From Okamejei kenojei (lineage: Eukaryota): a DNA stretch of 64,000 bases. Both the position numbers and the translations under genes were made by a program. This document shows positions 13,128-27,099 of the stretch, one piece after another. The stretch covers positions 38,502,001-38,566,000 of the forward strand of contig CM069158.1 of the NCBI GenBank assembly GCA_035221665.1. Reading direction: 5' to 3'. Each line of letters begins with the position of its first letter. The stretch's first letter is position 1. Below the pieces are notes generated by a model. It did not search any database, was not told the origin of the DNA, and saw only the letters and a list, made by a program, of their open reading frames with translations.

Positions 13128-14410
13128 TCTCATCTCAGTTTTAACTGGCCTCCCCTTTATTCTTAGACTGTGGCTCCGGGTTCTGGACTCGCCCAACATT
13201 GGGAACATTTTTCCTGCATCTAGCTTGTCCAGTCTTTTTATAATTTTACACGTTTCTATAAGATCCCCTCTCATCCTTCTATATTCCAGTGAATACAAGT
13301 CCAGTCTTTCCAATCTTTCCTCATATGACAGTTGTAAACCTACGCTGCACTCCTTCAATAGCAAAGATATCCTTCCTCAAATTAGGAGACCAAAACTGTA
13401 CACAACACTCCAGATGTGGTCTCACCAGGGCCCTGTACAACTGCAGAAGGACCTCTTTACTCCTATACTCAAATCCTCTCGTTATGAACACCAACATGAT
13501 GCCATTAGCTTTCTTCACTGCCTGCTGCACCTGCATGTGGCACCCAGGTCTCGTTGCACTTCCCTTTCTCCTAATCTATCACCATTGAGATAATAATCTG
13601 CCCCCTTGTTTTTGCTGCCAAAGTGGATAACCTCACATTTATCTGCATTATACTACATCTGCCATGCATCTATCCAAATCACCCTGCAACCTCATAGCAT
13701 CCTCTTCACAGTTCACACTGCCACTCAGCTTTGTGTCATCTGCAAATGTTCTAGTGTTACTTTTAATTCCATCATCTAAATCATTAATATATATTGTAAA
13801 TAGTTGCGGCCCCAGCACCGAGCCTTGCGGTACTCCACTCGCCACTGCCTGCCATTCTGACAGCGACCCGTTTATTCCTACTCTTTGTCTCCTGTCTGCC
13901 AACCAATTCTCTATCCACACCAATTCCATGTGCTCTAATTTTACATAGAAACAGAAACAAAGAAAATAGGTGCAGGAGTAGGCCATTCGGCCCTTCGAGC
14001 CTGCACCGCCATTCAATATGATCATGGCTGATCATCCAACTCAGTATCCTGTACCTGCCTTCTCTCTATACCCCCTGATCCCCTTAGCCACAAGGGCCAC
14101 ATCTAACTCCCTCTTAAATATAGCCAATGAACTGGCCACAACTACCTTCTGTGGCAGAGAATTCCAGAGATTCACCACTCTCTGTGTGAAAAATGTTTTT
14201 CTCATCTCGGTCCTAAAAGACTTCCCTCTTATCCTTAGACTGTGACACCTTGTTCTGGACTTCCCCAACATCGGGAATAATCTTCCTGCATCTAGCCTGT
14301 CCAACCCCTTTTGCCCACTATTCTCCTGTGTGGGACCTTATCAAAGGTTTTCTGAAACTCCAGATACACCACATCCACTGGCTCTCCTGCATCCATTTCG
14401 CTTGTCACGT
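13128..14410 (-). mobile_element. Cluster of nested CR1 LINE fragments
   Basis: ORF pieces GVPQGSVLGPQLFTIYINDLD...FADDTKL, LVRPHLECCVQFWSP, RRMRGDLIET and FFTQRVVNLWNSLP, plus a CR1 3' UTR. Confidence 0.9.
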
Positions 14411-15079
14411 TTCAGGTTGGGATGCTTCTTCCGTGATGGTCTTATCTTTGGCCCAGACGTGTGCCGTGTGGATCTATGTTCTGTGTTCTAAGCTACAATG
14501 AGATGATAGCTAATATAATGGTCGCAGTGCAAGGATGTTAAAAATACCAGCCTTTCCAGAGGAACAGCTATATAGATATTTGATGGCGGTCGATGGATGG
14601 GAAGAGGAGTTTAATAGAAAATGAGCTATTGATTAAGTGAATAATGTTGGAGAGGACCCTTCTACGTGAAAGGCAGCAGAGAAGATAAGAAATAAAGAGA
14701 GAGCGAGCGGTGATGACCTACCCTGAGATCTGCATCTTGTTCCAAGGTCATCAAGATCATCAGCGATAGTTCAAAACTTAATTTTAAAAACATCTAAGCA
14801 GATGTTTATGAAGACATAATATTGATAGTGCATATTGTTTCAATTTAGTCAGGTGCCAGGGAGTAATGCTATCTGACATTGAGAAGACTATAGTAAATCA
14901 CTTACGCATTGATCTCCTGCTTTATTACCGTATCTCAACCTCCCTTCATTAGATTACTGCCGTGTAATCATTGCCAGCTACACCGTTTCCTTTCAGTAAC
15001 TCATTTAAAGATAATTGTGGTTTGTAAGAACAAATTCTTCTCGTCACCAACCTGCCAATCAAATCGCTGGATTCATATA

Positions 15080-15405
15080 AACATAGAAACGTACAAAATA
15101 GGTGCAGGAGTAGGCCATCCGGCCCTTCAAGCCAGCACTGCCATTCGGCTCATCATGGCTGATCATCCAAAATCAGTGCCCCGTTCCTGCCTTCTCCCCA
15201 TATCCCATGACTCCTTTAGCCCTAAGAGCTAAATCTAACTCTCTCTTGAACACATCCAGTGAATCGGCCTCCACTGCCTTCTGTGGCAGAGAATTCCACA
15301 GATTCACAACTCTCTGAGTGAAAACGTTTTTCTTCATCTCAGTCGTAAATGACCTCCCCCTTATTCCTAAACTGCGACCTCTGGTTCTGGACTCCCCCAA
15401 CATTG
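15080..15405 (-). mobile_element. CR1 LINE 3' fragment
   Basis: Encodes FTQRVVNLWNSLPQKAVEA...FKRELD, followed by a CR1 3' UTR. Confidence 0.85.
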
Positions 15406-15567
15406 AAAGAGAGCTCAGTGTTGTTTGCGGAGAGAGGATGAATTCCACCAGTGGCTCATGGTCTAAGTTGCACAGCTGAGACCCAGCTGGGATGATGCAT
15501 CTTTGCACCAGATCACCAGTCACGTTGTAAGTTGCTGGGCATCAAAAGAGAGGTCAGTGTTGTCATA

Positions 15568-15762
15568 TGACCCCCCCATTGACCCCCCCCTATTGACCCC
15601 CCACTGACCCACCCCCTCACTGACCTGCCCCCACTGACCCCCCACTTATCCACTGACCCCCCACTGACCCACTGACTCACCCCCCACTGACCCACTGACC
15701 CACCCCCCCACTGACCCACTGACCCACCCCCCATTGGCCCACTGACACGCTGACCCACTGAA
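15568..15762. repeat. C-rich degenerate tandem repeat (CCACTGACC)n
   Basis: Repeated ccactgaccc units. Confidence 0.85.
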
Positions 15763-18091
15763 CTCACAGCAACCATCGACCCATTTACACAAATCCTATT
15801 GTATTCCGACATTCCTATGTGTCTTCACAGATTCCAACATTATCATAACATTCACTCACACAACAACCTCACAATTCACTTGATCAGTGCGGGTGTCGGG
15901 TGTTATGGGGAGAATGGGGTTAGGAGGGAGAGATAGATCAGCCATGATTGAATGGCGGAGTAAACTTGATGGGCCGAATGGCCTAATTCTGGCCCTAGAA
16001 CTTATGAAGTAATTAATTTACTGTGGCCAATAAACCTGGCAACCTGCACAAGGTGTGAGGGCCGTGCAGACCACACAGACAGTGTGAGAGGGCAGGACTG
16101 CTGCCAGGTTGCTGGAGGTTTCACCCAGCAACTCACACACTGTCTTCTCACGCAGCAACTCACACACTGTCTTAACTATTTTTGATAGACACTCATGTTA
16201 ACCGAAGAAAAACGCACGACAAACGGACGCAAAAATTAAAATCAACAAACCCCCAAGAATGTATACTTAAATGCTGTTTAGGTTTATAGTAATCATACCT
16301 GCAGGAATGTAACAAATAACATTTCTACTTGGTGGAGTATAATTGAAATGTCTATTTATTTCATTTTCCAGGCCTCCCCCTCTCATATCCCACCTCCCCC
16401 CCCCCCCGATTCATTGCCAGAGTCACACTATTCCAGCGACTCTCGTCACCTCTCCAGCTATTATTATTCCTGCAGCAACTGTAGCTGCGTTCATTGGCGG
16501 GCATGCCTGTGGCAGGTTTCCAGCCAAGCTTGATCTTTCTTTATTTGAGAGCCAACCATGCACCTGTGGAAAGTATAATCGAGTTCCAATTGCTGATGGA
16601 GTTTTAGCAAAGTTTACCCTTCCTCATTTAAGGACGACTATTCCCAACTGTTTAAAAGTTGAAAAGCAGGATGGCAAAGTTTGATAAGTTTCCTTCCGAC
16701 AGATGTTCAGCACTAGTGTAACAAACGTTTTGTTACAAACCTCTTTCTCACAACTTGGCAGCATAACCTGACATTTGGCACCTCAACGGCAAGCAATCAC
16801 ACCACAGGAATAGTAATTATGCTGCATTGGACAGGGATAAAGTTGAATCACTTCCAAATAATTTATTCCACACAGTGAAAGGGCTTCACCGCTATCCTTG
16901 GTGCCAATTGCAAGTGGAACAACTGACCTGCATTAAAATGACATTTAAACAGCAGCTCTAATGTTCCAGATGTACTCATTTAACAGCGTGACTCTAACTA
17001 TGGAGATCATTTCCTCTAGCCTTGCAGAGATTTCATAGTTGATTGCACAATCTCGATACAAGGGTTTTGTCAGGTATCTTTGTATGCATAGCCTAGCTTC
17101 TCCAGAGATGTTGCTTGTCCCGCTGAGTTACTCCAGCTTTTTGTATCTATCTTCGGTGTAAATGAAGTATCTGCAGTTCCTTCCTACACATCTTTGTATG
17201 CATCGTGGAGTCTTCTCTGCAAAGTTGTCAGTGGTTTTGTCCACATGGGGCTGTGTGGAAACTTTGACTTCAGGAGATCGCGCTCCGTCAGGTTCAATTT
17301 ACAGAATTCCACTTTCTTTTTAACTCTAAGGGAGTGTAAATAAGCGGAACATTAAACCAGTGCACACCAAATAAGACAGAAGTCTAATAACGTGAGCCCT
17401 GGGATCAGATCACAAGATGCGGACGTACACATGCTTAATATAAGGCTCTGAGTGAAATTCTTCTCTCTGCTGTTTAACAAATGAACCAAAAGATCCGTAA
17501 AACTCCGGGGGAGCTGGGATGCACTGAGCATCTTCAGCATTGATCCACTGGAATCTCTGTGGCAGTTTCATCCATTGGTTGTGTCCCTACAGTCCATTCC
17601 ATTTCATACTTCTGTTCAGCAATACTATTTATTTGGCTATGAAGGCCAGATAAAGCCTGCATATAACTGCTGGATGCTCTGGCCTTACACATAGCTTCTG
17701 TCTTCTGGATCCTGCCACCATCTCCAGACTCCCACTTAGCGTGCATAACATTCAATAATGTATGATCTGAAGTTTTTCCAGCTAAATATACTTTGATATA
17801 TTTTCTATTGTAGTCATTTTAGATTAATATACATAGGTTCATATTATTCCATTTGGAAAATTCATACAATCAAGCAAAATGATTTGTTAACTATAAACCT
17901 CTATTGGTAATTATAATCTGTTCACAAAGCAATCACCATTATTCTGTGTGTCCCTATGTATCGTTTATTGGCAGCTTTAACGGATCATAATCACCATGTT
18001 CTGCAGCCTCTGTATAAATGTAGAGGTTTCTATGCTTGGGAAGTGATGTCTGTATATTCCAGTCTTCTTCCTCAGTTGGTCGACCCAAATG

Positions 18092-19060
18092 CCAACCACA
18101 ATCCCAATCCCAACCCCAATCCCAACCCCAACCCCAATCCCAACCCCAATCCCAACCCCAACCCCAATCCCAACCCCAATCCCAACCCCAACCCAACCCC
18201 AATCCCAACCCCAATCCCAACCCCAACCCCAACCCCAATCCCAACCCCCAACCCCAATCCCAATCCCAACCCCAATCCCAACCCCAATCCCAACCCCAAT
18301 CCCAACCCCCCCCAACCCCAACCCCAATCCCAATCCCAACCCCAATNNNNNNNNNNNNNNNNNNNNNNNNNNNNNNNNNNNNNNNNNNNNNNNNNNNNNN
18401 NNNNNNNNNNNNNNNNNNNNNNNNNNNNNNNNNNNNNNNNNNNNNNNNNNNNNNNNNNNNNNNNNNNNNNNNNNNNNNNNNNNNNNNNNNNNNNNNNNNN
18501 CCAACCCCAACCCCAATCCCAACCCCAACCCAACCCCAATCCCAATCCCAACCCCCCAACCCCAATCCCAACCCCAATCCCCAATCCCAACCCCAACCCC
18601 AATCCCAACCCCAATCCCAATCCCAACCCCAACCCCCCCAATCCCAATCCCAATCCCAACCCCAACCCCAACCCCAATCCCAATCCCAACCCCAATCCCC
18701 AACCCCAATCCCAACCCCAATCCCAACCCCAATCCCAACCCAAATCCCAACCCCCCAACCCCAATCCCAATCCCAACCCAACCCCAATCCCAACCCAATC
18801 CAAATCCCAACCCAAATCCCAAACCCAACCCAAATCCCAACCCCCAAATCCCAAACCCAAATCCCAACCCAAATCCCAACCCAATCCCAACCCCAATCCC
18901 AATCCCAACCCAAATCCCAACCCTAATCCCAACCCCAATCCCAATCCCAACCCAAATCCCAACCCCAATCGCAACCCAACCTCAATCCCAATCCCAATCC
19001 CAATCCTAACCCTAACCCCAATCCCAACCCCAATCCCAATCCCAACCCCCACCCCAATGC
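18092..19060. repeat. Telomere-like hexamer satellite (CCCAAT/CCCAAC)n spanning an assembly gap (N 18347-18500)
   Basis: About 800 bp of CCCAAY units, with rare CCCTAA units near 18920-19016. Confidence 0.95.
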
Positions 19061-20004
19061 CAACGTTAGCCACAGGTCACTGGACGATTGACCTTCCCCA
19101 TTGCCCCGCGGTTTGCTGTGCCTCTACACGGTCTCATCTACAGATGTCATGTTGTAAATCCCACCCAGCAGGTTCAGTGCTGTCCATATCCTACATGGAG
19201 AATGCACATTCCATACTGGCTGGGTACAAAGCTCAGTATAGAGGAGTTCACTTTCTATACTGAATGCGTACGGAATTCAGTATTTTATACAGTTTGGTTT
19301 TCTCATTAAATTGTTCAGCAGATTTCATGCAGTTTTGAGAGATCGCTTGTACTTTCCTGATAGTTCCTGCAAATGGTTGAATAAAATGAACAAAGATTGT
19401 CAGCGGTGCAGCAGTGCTTGTACATCAATAATAACTTCATCTCCTATTAATCTTTGGCTTTAATGTTCAGAATAACATGGAGAAACAAGGAACTGCAGAT
19501 GCTGGATTGCAAACAATGACACAAAGTACTGGAGTAACTCAGCAGGTCAGGCAGCATCTCTGGAGAAGATGGATAGATGATGTTTCACAGAGTGCTGGAG
19601 TAACTCAGCGGCTCAGGCAGCATCACATTTCAGGTTCTTTAGACACAAGCAGGATTCTGACCTGAAACGTCACCTATCCGTGTTCTCCAGAGATGCTCTG
19701 TGATTTTGTTTTACATGAATTGGGTTCTGCATCTCTCTGGGATTTGTTTCCAAAATAAACGTTTGCTTTTTGTCCCTGCACTTTGCAGTTTCGTGTTGTA
19801 CTGGAGCCAGGGTTTTGTAGTTTGACCTTCCTTTGTTTTACGTCCTTGTATGAACATACCCTCACACGATTCTTTCTCCGGGTACTCTCCTCCCTGTGCG
19901 TTCTATCACATGCTAGATAGTGATCGAACATCATTCCACTGATAAGTGCATTTACTTATTTCACTCAGCATATGTGTGCATCCACAGTTGGTAAATATAG
20001 TCGC

Positions 20005-21065
20005 AGAGTCATAGATCATGGATGCAGGCCCTTCAACCCAACTTGCCCCCGCCAAACAACATGCCCCATCTACACTTGTCCCTCCTGCCTGCACTTGGCC
20101 GATATACCTCTAAACCTGTCCTCTCCATGTACCTGTCCAAATGTCTCTTAAACTTTGTTGTTGTACCAGCCTCAACTACCTCTTCATTCCATAAACCCAC
20201 CACCCTCTGTGTAAAAACGTCCCTTAGGTTCCTATTAAATCTTGCCCCCTTCACGTTAAACCTATATCCTCAATTCCCCTACTCTGGGCAAGAGACTGTA
20301 GGAAAGAACTGCAGATGCTGGTTTAAATCGAAAGTAGACACAAACTGCTGGAGTAACTCAGTGGGACAGGCAGCATCTCTGGAGAGAAGGAATGGGTGAC
20401 GTTTCAGGTCGAGACCCTTCTTCAGGGCAAGAGGCTCTGTGCATCTGTCGGCGTTAGAACTTCCACCGCTAGCCAACTTGCTCGCCACAGAAAAATATAT
20501 ATTTCCCTGGGGCACGAAAATCTCAAAGAAATGTGACTGATCAGTGAGATTAAAGATAGTATTAAATCAAAAGAATACACTTGTAAATTTGCCACAAACA
20601 GCAACGGACTCGAGGGTGGAAAGCATTTTGATGACCATGAGTGTGTAAGAAGGAACTGCAGATGCTGGTTTAAACCGAAGATAAACACAAAATGCTGGAG
20701 TAACTCAGTGGGACAGGCAGCATCTCTGGAGAGAAGGAATGGGTGGCGTTTCAGGTCGAGACCCTTCTTCAGGGCAAGAGGCTCTGTGCATCTACCCGAT
20801 ATATTCCTCTCATGATTTTATACACCTCTATAAGATTATTCTTCATCTTCCTGCACTCCAAGGAATAAAGTCCCAGCCTACTTAACCTCTCCCTATAGCT
20901 CACACCCTCGAGTCCTGGCAACATCCTCATAAATCTTTTCTGCACCTTTGCCAGCTTGACAACATCTTTTCTATAACCACGGTGACCAAAACTGTACACA
21001 ATACTCAAAATGTGGCCTCACCAACGTCTTATACAACTGCAACATGACCTCCCAACTTCTTTACT
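20005..21065 (-). mobile_element. CR1 LINE 3' part interrupted by Penelope-derived repeats
   Basis: Encodes FTQRVVGLWNE...FKRHLDRYM (20033-20254) and YRKDVVKL...RMLPGLEG (20769-21008). Hammerhead repeats sit at ~20296-20425 and ~20643-20772. Confidence 0.85.
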
Positions 21066-23693
21066 CAAAATGGTGAATGGTGGTAAACAGTTCTGTCCTT
21101 GGTCAATCCTCTGCTTGATACTGTTTCCAGCAGGGAATTGTTGGTGAGCAATAAGATTTGGGAATCTTTACTCCTTCTTGCACTCTCCTTTCTCACACGG
21201 TAAGCCCTGCTGTGGTTGACATACAGTAGTTGCAGCAATGAACAACACACACCAACCCTGACATTTGAAGCTTCAGTATCCAAGGCTTTCAATTCATTTT
21301 GAATCCCTGTAGTCAAGGCAAATCCCACATTGCAGAAGTGAAGATGGAATAAATTAAGCACTGATTAAATCTGTGGAGCTCAATTCTTTTGTAGGAAGGG
21401 CCAGATTAACAAAACAAATCATTTCTGAGCACCTCTCTTGTGAAATATTTTATTTTAATGACACTCGACCTGAACCTGTATTTGCAGTCACGTGCATGAA
21501 GACATGATTTATTACAGGGTGGTAATCATTCAGAAAGCTGACAGGCGAGACACACCAATAGTGCAGCGAACTATGAACCTTGTATGTGTTTGAAATCATT
21601 TATAAAACCTGAGCAGTTCAGTAGATTCAGCAGCAACAAGTGATTATGATCCTACGACAACTCACCATGGATTTTAAAATCCCCTGCTTATAAATTAACC
21701 ATAATTTCAAATTATGCTTACTTGGTTAGCAATGTCTATTTTTAATTTCTTTAAACCTTTCTTTCATTTTCCTTCTTAACTCTTTTCCAAACTGTCTGGT
21801 AATTTGAGCCACTATATTCTCTTTGCAAAGTAATCATCCCCCTCTTCATGTAAAATGGAATTACTTTCAATTCTTGGAAGCCTGTGCCGTGCGTTTGTGA
21901 TTATAAATAGGAAAATCATTCTGATATTCTCCAGTGTGTGTGGAGCCACTGAAAAAATCTCATTTATTGCAGTCTGTGTACAATTTATATTTAGCAAAAG
22001 GGTTTATGAAGCAAAGAGTTTGCAATTTAATGTGAATTATGTTTCATGATCTTGCAGAAGCATACAGAAAGGTTGTGCTCAAAAAAAAGTTAACTTATTT
22101 TATTTATTTTTAGCATTTGAGTGTCTGACCAGCTAGTGCCCTTAATCCCCTTTAAACAAAATGCAGACAAACCATGCCAGTGGAAAAAGAGAATTGGAAA
22201 ACAATTCCTCTCTGCCTGATATGATTGGTACGTGCTCTCCACAATCCCAGGTCCGCTGGACAAAACCAGATCATAACTGTGCTGTAAATCTGTCGTAAGA
22301 ATTGCTGCCGAATTGAAAGAGTGTTTTCAATGTGGAGAGAGGAACAGAATTAATGTTTCAGCTCAATGCTTTCTATCAATATCTCATTTAACTCAACGGA
22401 CACACCCTGACCTGCTGAGTGTTTCCAGTGTTGACTTTGTTCCAAACAGTGAACTTTTCTGGAGGATATTCACTGAGTTGACCCAAAGGTTGCCAGGAGA
22501 CCCCTGTAAAGGGGACCCCTGTAAATTCCTGCTGGAGTTTAACAAACTAAAGCAATGGTGTCTTCTCCAACGGGACCAGAGTAAGCCTCTGATGGACAGA
22601 ACACCAACCTGCCCAGATCTGCCTGTCATTCCCAATGTTCTAGGAAAGGCAACAATGGATCATTGAGTAGATAAAATGTTGTGCTTTAATTTAAGAAAAA
22701 AATTGTCAGGGGATAGGTCAGAAAGGTTAAATGTCCATTGTATTCAAATCAAAATTATATTCAAATTGAATGAATATTGGTATTGCAGAAAGTGCAGAGT
22801 CTGGTCTGAGCTGGCAGGAGATAACCAAGAGAATGTGCAGGATAGCACGCTGGCAACTCAGGAGCCATGAGTGTATAATGTTTGATATGGTCAGTGGATG
22901 CAGGCGCATTAACTACAGAGAAAGCAGTAGAATTCCCAGCGTGAGGGTTGGTCCCCTGACACCGTGCCTGTGGCATCATGAACCTCATATGTCTAATGGA
23001 GGGCTTGTTGTAACTCGGAACCCAGTCATTATCCCAAACTACCACAGCCTTTATCCCAGCCTTTATCCCAAGCGACCACTCAGCTGAATGATATCAGACC
23101 AAGAGCTTCCTGGAAAACTGGGTCTGTATCTGTTCTGACGCTTAAATAAAATGGACAAGCAACAACTCATGGTCTCTTTGAAGAGTAGTTGTGAATCTTG
23201 ACACCAAAAGCCCACGGCTGATTAGATACCTTCAACAAGACATGTTGTCAGACGAGTCAAACGACATAATGTTTGTTAATGCCTGTCATTGAAAATGAAC
23301 CGCTATTTTAAATATATTTGTTTTGAAATACAGTAAAGTGAGCCGTTTGTTTCTCATATCTTTAGCCCTGAAGAACTTCAGTCGTATATTAAATATGATG
23401 AGAACGGATTAACACAGGAAATCAGGAAGCAGATAGCATTTGAAGATGTTGGTATTGGCTGAGCTATTTCTCCCTGGCTGCCTTTCATATCACTTCACTT
23501 TATTGTATATTATTATAGGCTTAAATCTTGATCTTAATCTTAACAGGCATTAAAACTTTTGAAGACAGATAAAATATAATCTTTTCTTTGGTGAGTAAAG
23601 ACTGGTTTTAGAAAAGCAAGGCAGATGCCTTCCAATAGAACATCAACATATATATTGAAAGCACAAAGAAATAAAACCACTGTGTTCACAAAA

Positions 23694-23895
23694 TGTGTAA
23701 GAAGGAACTGCAAATGCTGTTTAAATCGAAGATAGACACAAAATGCTGGAGTAACAGTGGGACAGGCAGCATCGCTGGAGAGAAGGAATGGGTGATGTTT
23801 CGCATCTGAAGAAGGGTCTCGACCCGAAATGTCACCCATTCCTTCTCCCCAGAGATGCTGCCTGTCCCGCTGAGTTATTCCAGCTTTTGGTGTCT
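23694..23895. mobile_element. Inverted pair of Penelope-derived hammerhead repeats
   Basis: Two head-to-head copies with a central ctgaagaagggtctcgacccgaaatgtc. Confidence 0.8.
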
Positions 23896-25584
23896 ATAAG
23901 CAGTAACCAGTGGTTTGTGTAAAAGATTGAGGGGCATTAAGTACAAAATTCTTCAGATGACAACTGTCAATCTTCACATATAGCTCGCAGTCCTTGGTCT
24001 CTGGAGTCTCCCGGACATAGATGATGCTGCCTTCCCAACCACTCCATCCCTCGTCTACCACACCACGTGTAACTCTAGGTGACCTTGTATTCCATGTGCT
24101 GAGCTTCAATGCTCAAAACTCCAATATGAAGAATGTCCTGACCCAAACCGTCACCTATTCATGTCTCCAGAGATGCTGCCTGACCCATTGAGTTACTCCA
24201 GCACATTGTGTGTGTTTTCTTATAAACTAGCATCTGCACTACCTTGTTTCACCAATCATTACCCCATCTGGCCTTTGATCTTGATTTCACTGAAGAACAC
24301 TTGCCCCTCGTCATCTTCTCATGGTCTTTCTCATTATTTACCATTACCTCCCTCGCACAGATCATTCACAACCAGTCAGGGTGCAGGTAGGTCGGCATAA
24401 TTAAGTTGTGTATTTTAGTCAGAAGTACAGTTGAGGGTTGGAATGGTTTGTCAGCAATTGAGAGGTCCCCAGGTTGTGTGGTATATCATTGGGTAACATG
24501 GTCGTCCACTGAGGGTTTTGAGCTTGGGATCGTGATTGAGATAGACTGATGAAGTACTCAAGGCAAAGCTGAGCATAAGTTAGTTAAATGGTGCATGCTT
24601 GTTGAGAGAGAACTCTCGTCGCAGAGAGGATAACTTCTTCATAGTAGGATACCTTGAGGAGATTTCACAGTGGAGCAGACAAAATGTGTAGGAAGGAACC
24701 AGCATCTCCTGCTCCTGCAGAAATGACATCTGCTCCACTGCAAAATCTCCTCAAGATCTCCCTACTTTGAAGGAGTTCTCCTCCTCTCTCCGATGAGAGT
24801 CTTCAACATCCTCTCTCGCTGCTGAGTCCGAAGAAGGATCTCGACCTGAAACGTCACTCATTCCTTCTCTGCATAGATGCTGCTTGTCCCACTGAGTTAC
24901 TCCAGCACTCTGTGTCTATCCTGGCTGTTGAGTCGCATCAACAGCTTGGAACTTGTACAGGAAGGTTCTCTTTAAATCACTTTGAAGCAGTCACCTTAAT
25001 GTCTGTGAAAGCTCTGCTCTGTCTGAAAGCCACTGAGCTGCCACCGAACCTTACAGGTGCCAGCTGAACGCCGCCTGATATTGGTCACCCAGAGTCCCTG
25101 TGCCTTAATCCATTGAGAATCGGGGAGATTGCAGCAAATCCCTGACTTTGTTGTGTTGCTTATTTCATTAAAATCAGATTGCAGTGTTCTTCTGTTCCAA
25201 TTTCCAGCTTATATTTGGATATGATTATTTATATAATGAGCAGTGAGATTGACTATAAAAAACCTTCTGTCATTCTATGAAAAGCAGCCCAGAATTGAAA
25301 GGAGATTCTGAATGGGAAGAGAAGAGCTGTTTGGAATAGAATATTTAACGTGTGATCCTCCACCCACTCACTGCATGGCCAACCTGGGACAGGAACGGGG
25401 TTTGAAGTATGTTGCTGCCTCCTGTCCACAGGTGAAGTTGTAACTTGCGATGAGAGTGGGAGATTGCAGTGGTCACGGAAAGATGTATTCAAGGTCAAGG
25501 CTATTCTTCTCTGAGCCTGGATTCATGGACACCCTTACATCGGAATAGTCCTTTCATGTTCCAGACCCAGAGCTCTAACAAAGG

Positions 25585-25935
25585 AAGACACAGAGTGCTG
25601 GAGTAACTCAGCAGGTCAGGCAGCATCCCTGGGACCATTCTTCAGACTCACTGACTGCCTGACCCGCTGAGTTACTCCAGCGCTTTGTGACTTTTTTCAT
25701 GAGCCAGCATCTATAGTTCCTTAGGTAGACACAAAATGCTGGAGTAACTCAGCAGGACAGACAGCATCTCCGGAGAGAAGGAATGGGTGACGTTTCGGGT
25801 CGAGACCCTTCTTCAGACCGCTCAACCCGAAACGTCACCCATTCCTTCTCTCCAGAGATGCTGCCTGTCCCACTGAGTTACTCCAGTATTTTGCGTCTAC
25901 CGATTTAAACCAACACCTGTAGTTCTTTCCTACAC
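25585..25935. mobile_element. Nested inverted pairs of Penelope-derived repeats, with an intact hammerhead core at 25789-25816 (minus)
   Basis: Contains gacgtttcgggtcgagacccttcttcag, with mirror arms tgctggagtaactcag/ctgagttactccag. Confidence 0.8.
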
Positions 25936-26387
25936 ACTCTATAGTTCCTTATTTCTTTGTTCTAACAAAGGAAAGAGGTTTAAATATTGCAGTGAGCAGC
26001 TATAAGTGATCTTAGCTCATGTGTCTAATGCAACAACACTCTATCCTCCCCCAGCTTGCTTATAAATGACAGTCATACTACACCAGGTCTAATTAGTGGC
26101 AATGAAACACAGGTTGTGCAAATGATTAGGTTCATCAGCAGCATTCTCTTCACCTGTGTTGTGTCCAATTCACCAGCATTTGAACATATTATCATTATTT
26201 ATTTGGGCTGAATAGTTACTCTCACTGTCTTCTCTACTCCATTCAATCAGGGATGAATCCACCACTAAAGACCTGAAATGACTGGAAGTCAAGCAGATAG
26301 TAAACCTAATGACACGTTGATCTCACTAAGGCCACACACCCATCCTTCCAGGAGCTGATTAATTTGGCAGCGACACAGATACCCTGT

Positions 26388-27005
26388 ATCTGGCCTTCAT
26401 CAGTCAGAGTATTGAGAATGGAAATTGAGAGGTCATGTTGCAGTTGTATAAGACATTGGTGAGGCCACATTTAGAGTATTGTGTTTAGTTTTTGTCACCA
26501 TGTTATAGGAAAGATATTACCAATCTTGAAAGGGTGCAGAAAAGATTTACAAGGATGTTGCCAGGACTTGATGGACTGAGCTACAGGGAGAGGTTTTGCA
26601 GGCTGGGTCTCTATTCCTTGGAGCGCAGGAGGATGAGGGGTGATCTTATAGAGGTGTACAAAATCATGAGAGGAATAGATCGGGTAACGCACAGAGTCTT
26701 GTGCCCAGAGTAGGGGAATCAAGAACCAGGTCTAAGGTGAGGTGGGAGAGATTTAATGGGACCTGAAGGGTTAACTTTGTTTACACAAGGGGTAATGGGT
26801 GTATGGAATGAGCTGCCACAGGAGGTAGTTGAGGCAGGGACTATCGCAATGTTTAAGAAACATTAGGCAGGTACATGGATAGGAGAGGTTTAAAGAGATA
26901 TGGGCCAAATGCAGGCAGGTGGGACTAGTGTGGATGGGGCATGTTGGTCGGTGTGGGCAAGTTGGGGTGAAGAGCCTGTTTCCATGCTGTGTGACTCTAA
27001 TTACT
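26388..27005 (+). mobile_element. CR1 LINE 3' fragment
   Basis: Encodes SPCYRKDITNLERVQKRFTRMLPGL...RRRMRGDLIEVYKIM, followed by a 3' UTR. Confidence 0.9.
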
Positions 27006-27099
27006 CTATATAATTGAGTTGATGAATCTACACATGATTATAATTTCAACCTCTACTAGTGAAGTCGACTCAATGCAGGACACAACCTGCTGGAATTAA

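Noticed and set aside
17954-19263. Long ORFs encoding poly-NP/PI/GL/GWDW
   Set aside because: These are translations of a hexamer satellite across an N gap, open in all six frames.
23367-23451. Exon-like stretch (tttag...Ggtatt) reading PEELQSYIKYDENGLTQEIRKQIAFEDV
   Set aside because: No resemblance to semaphorin or any protein I recognise, and the donor is weak.
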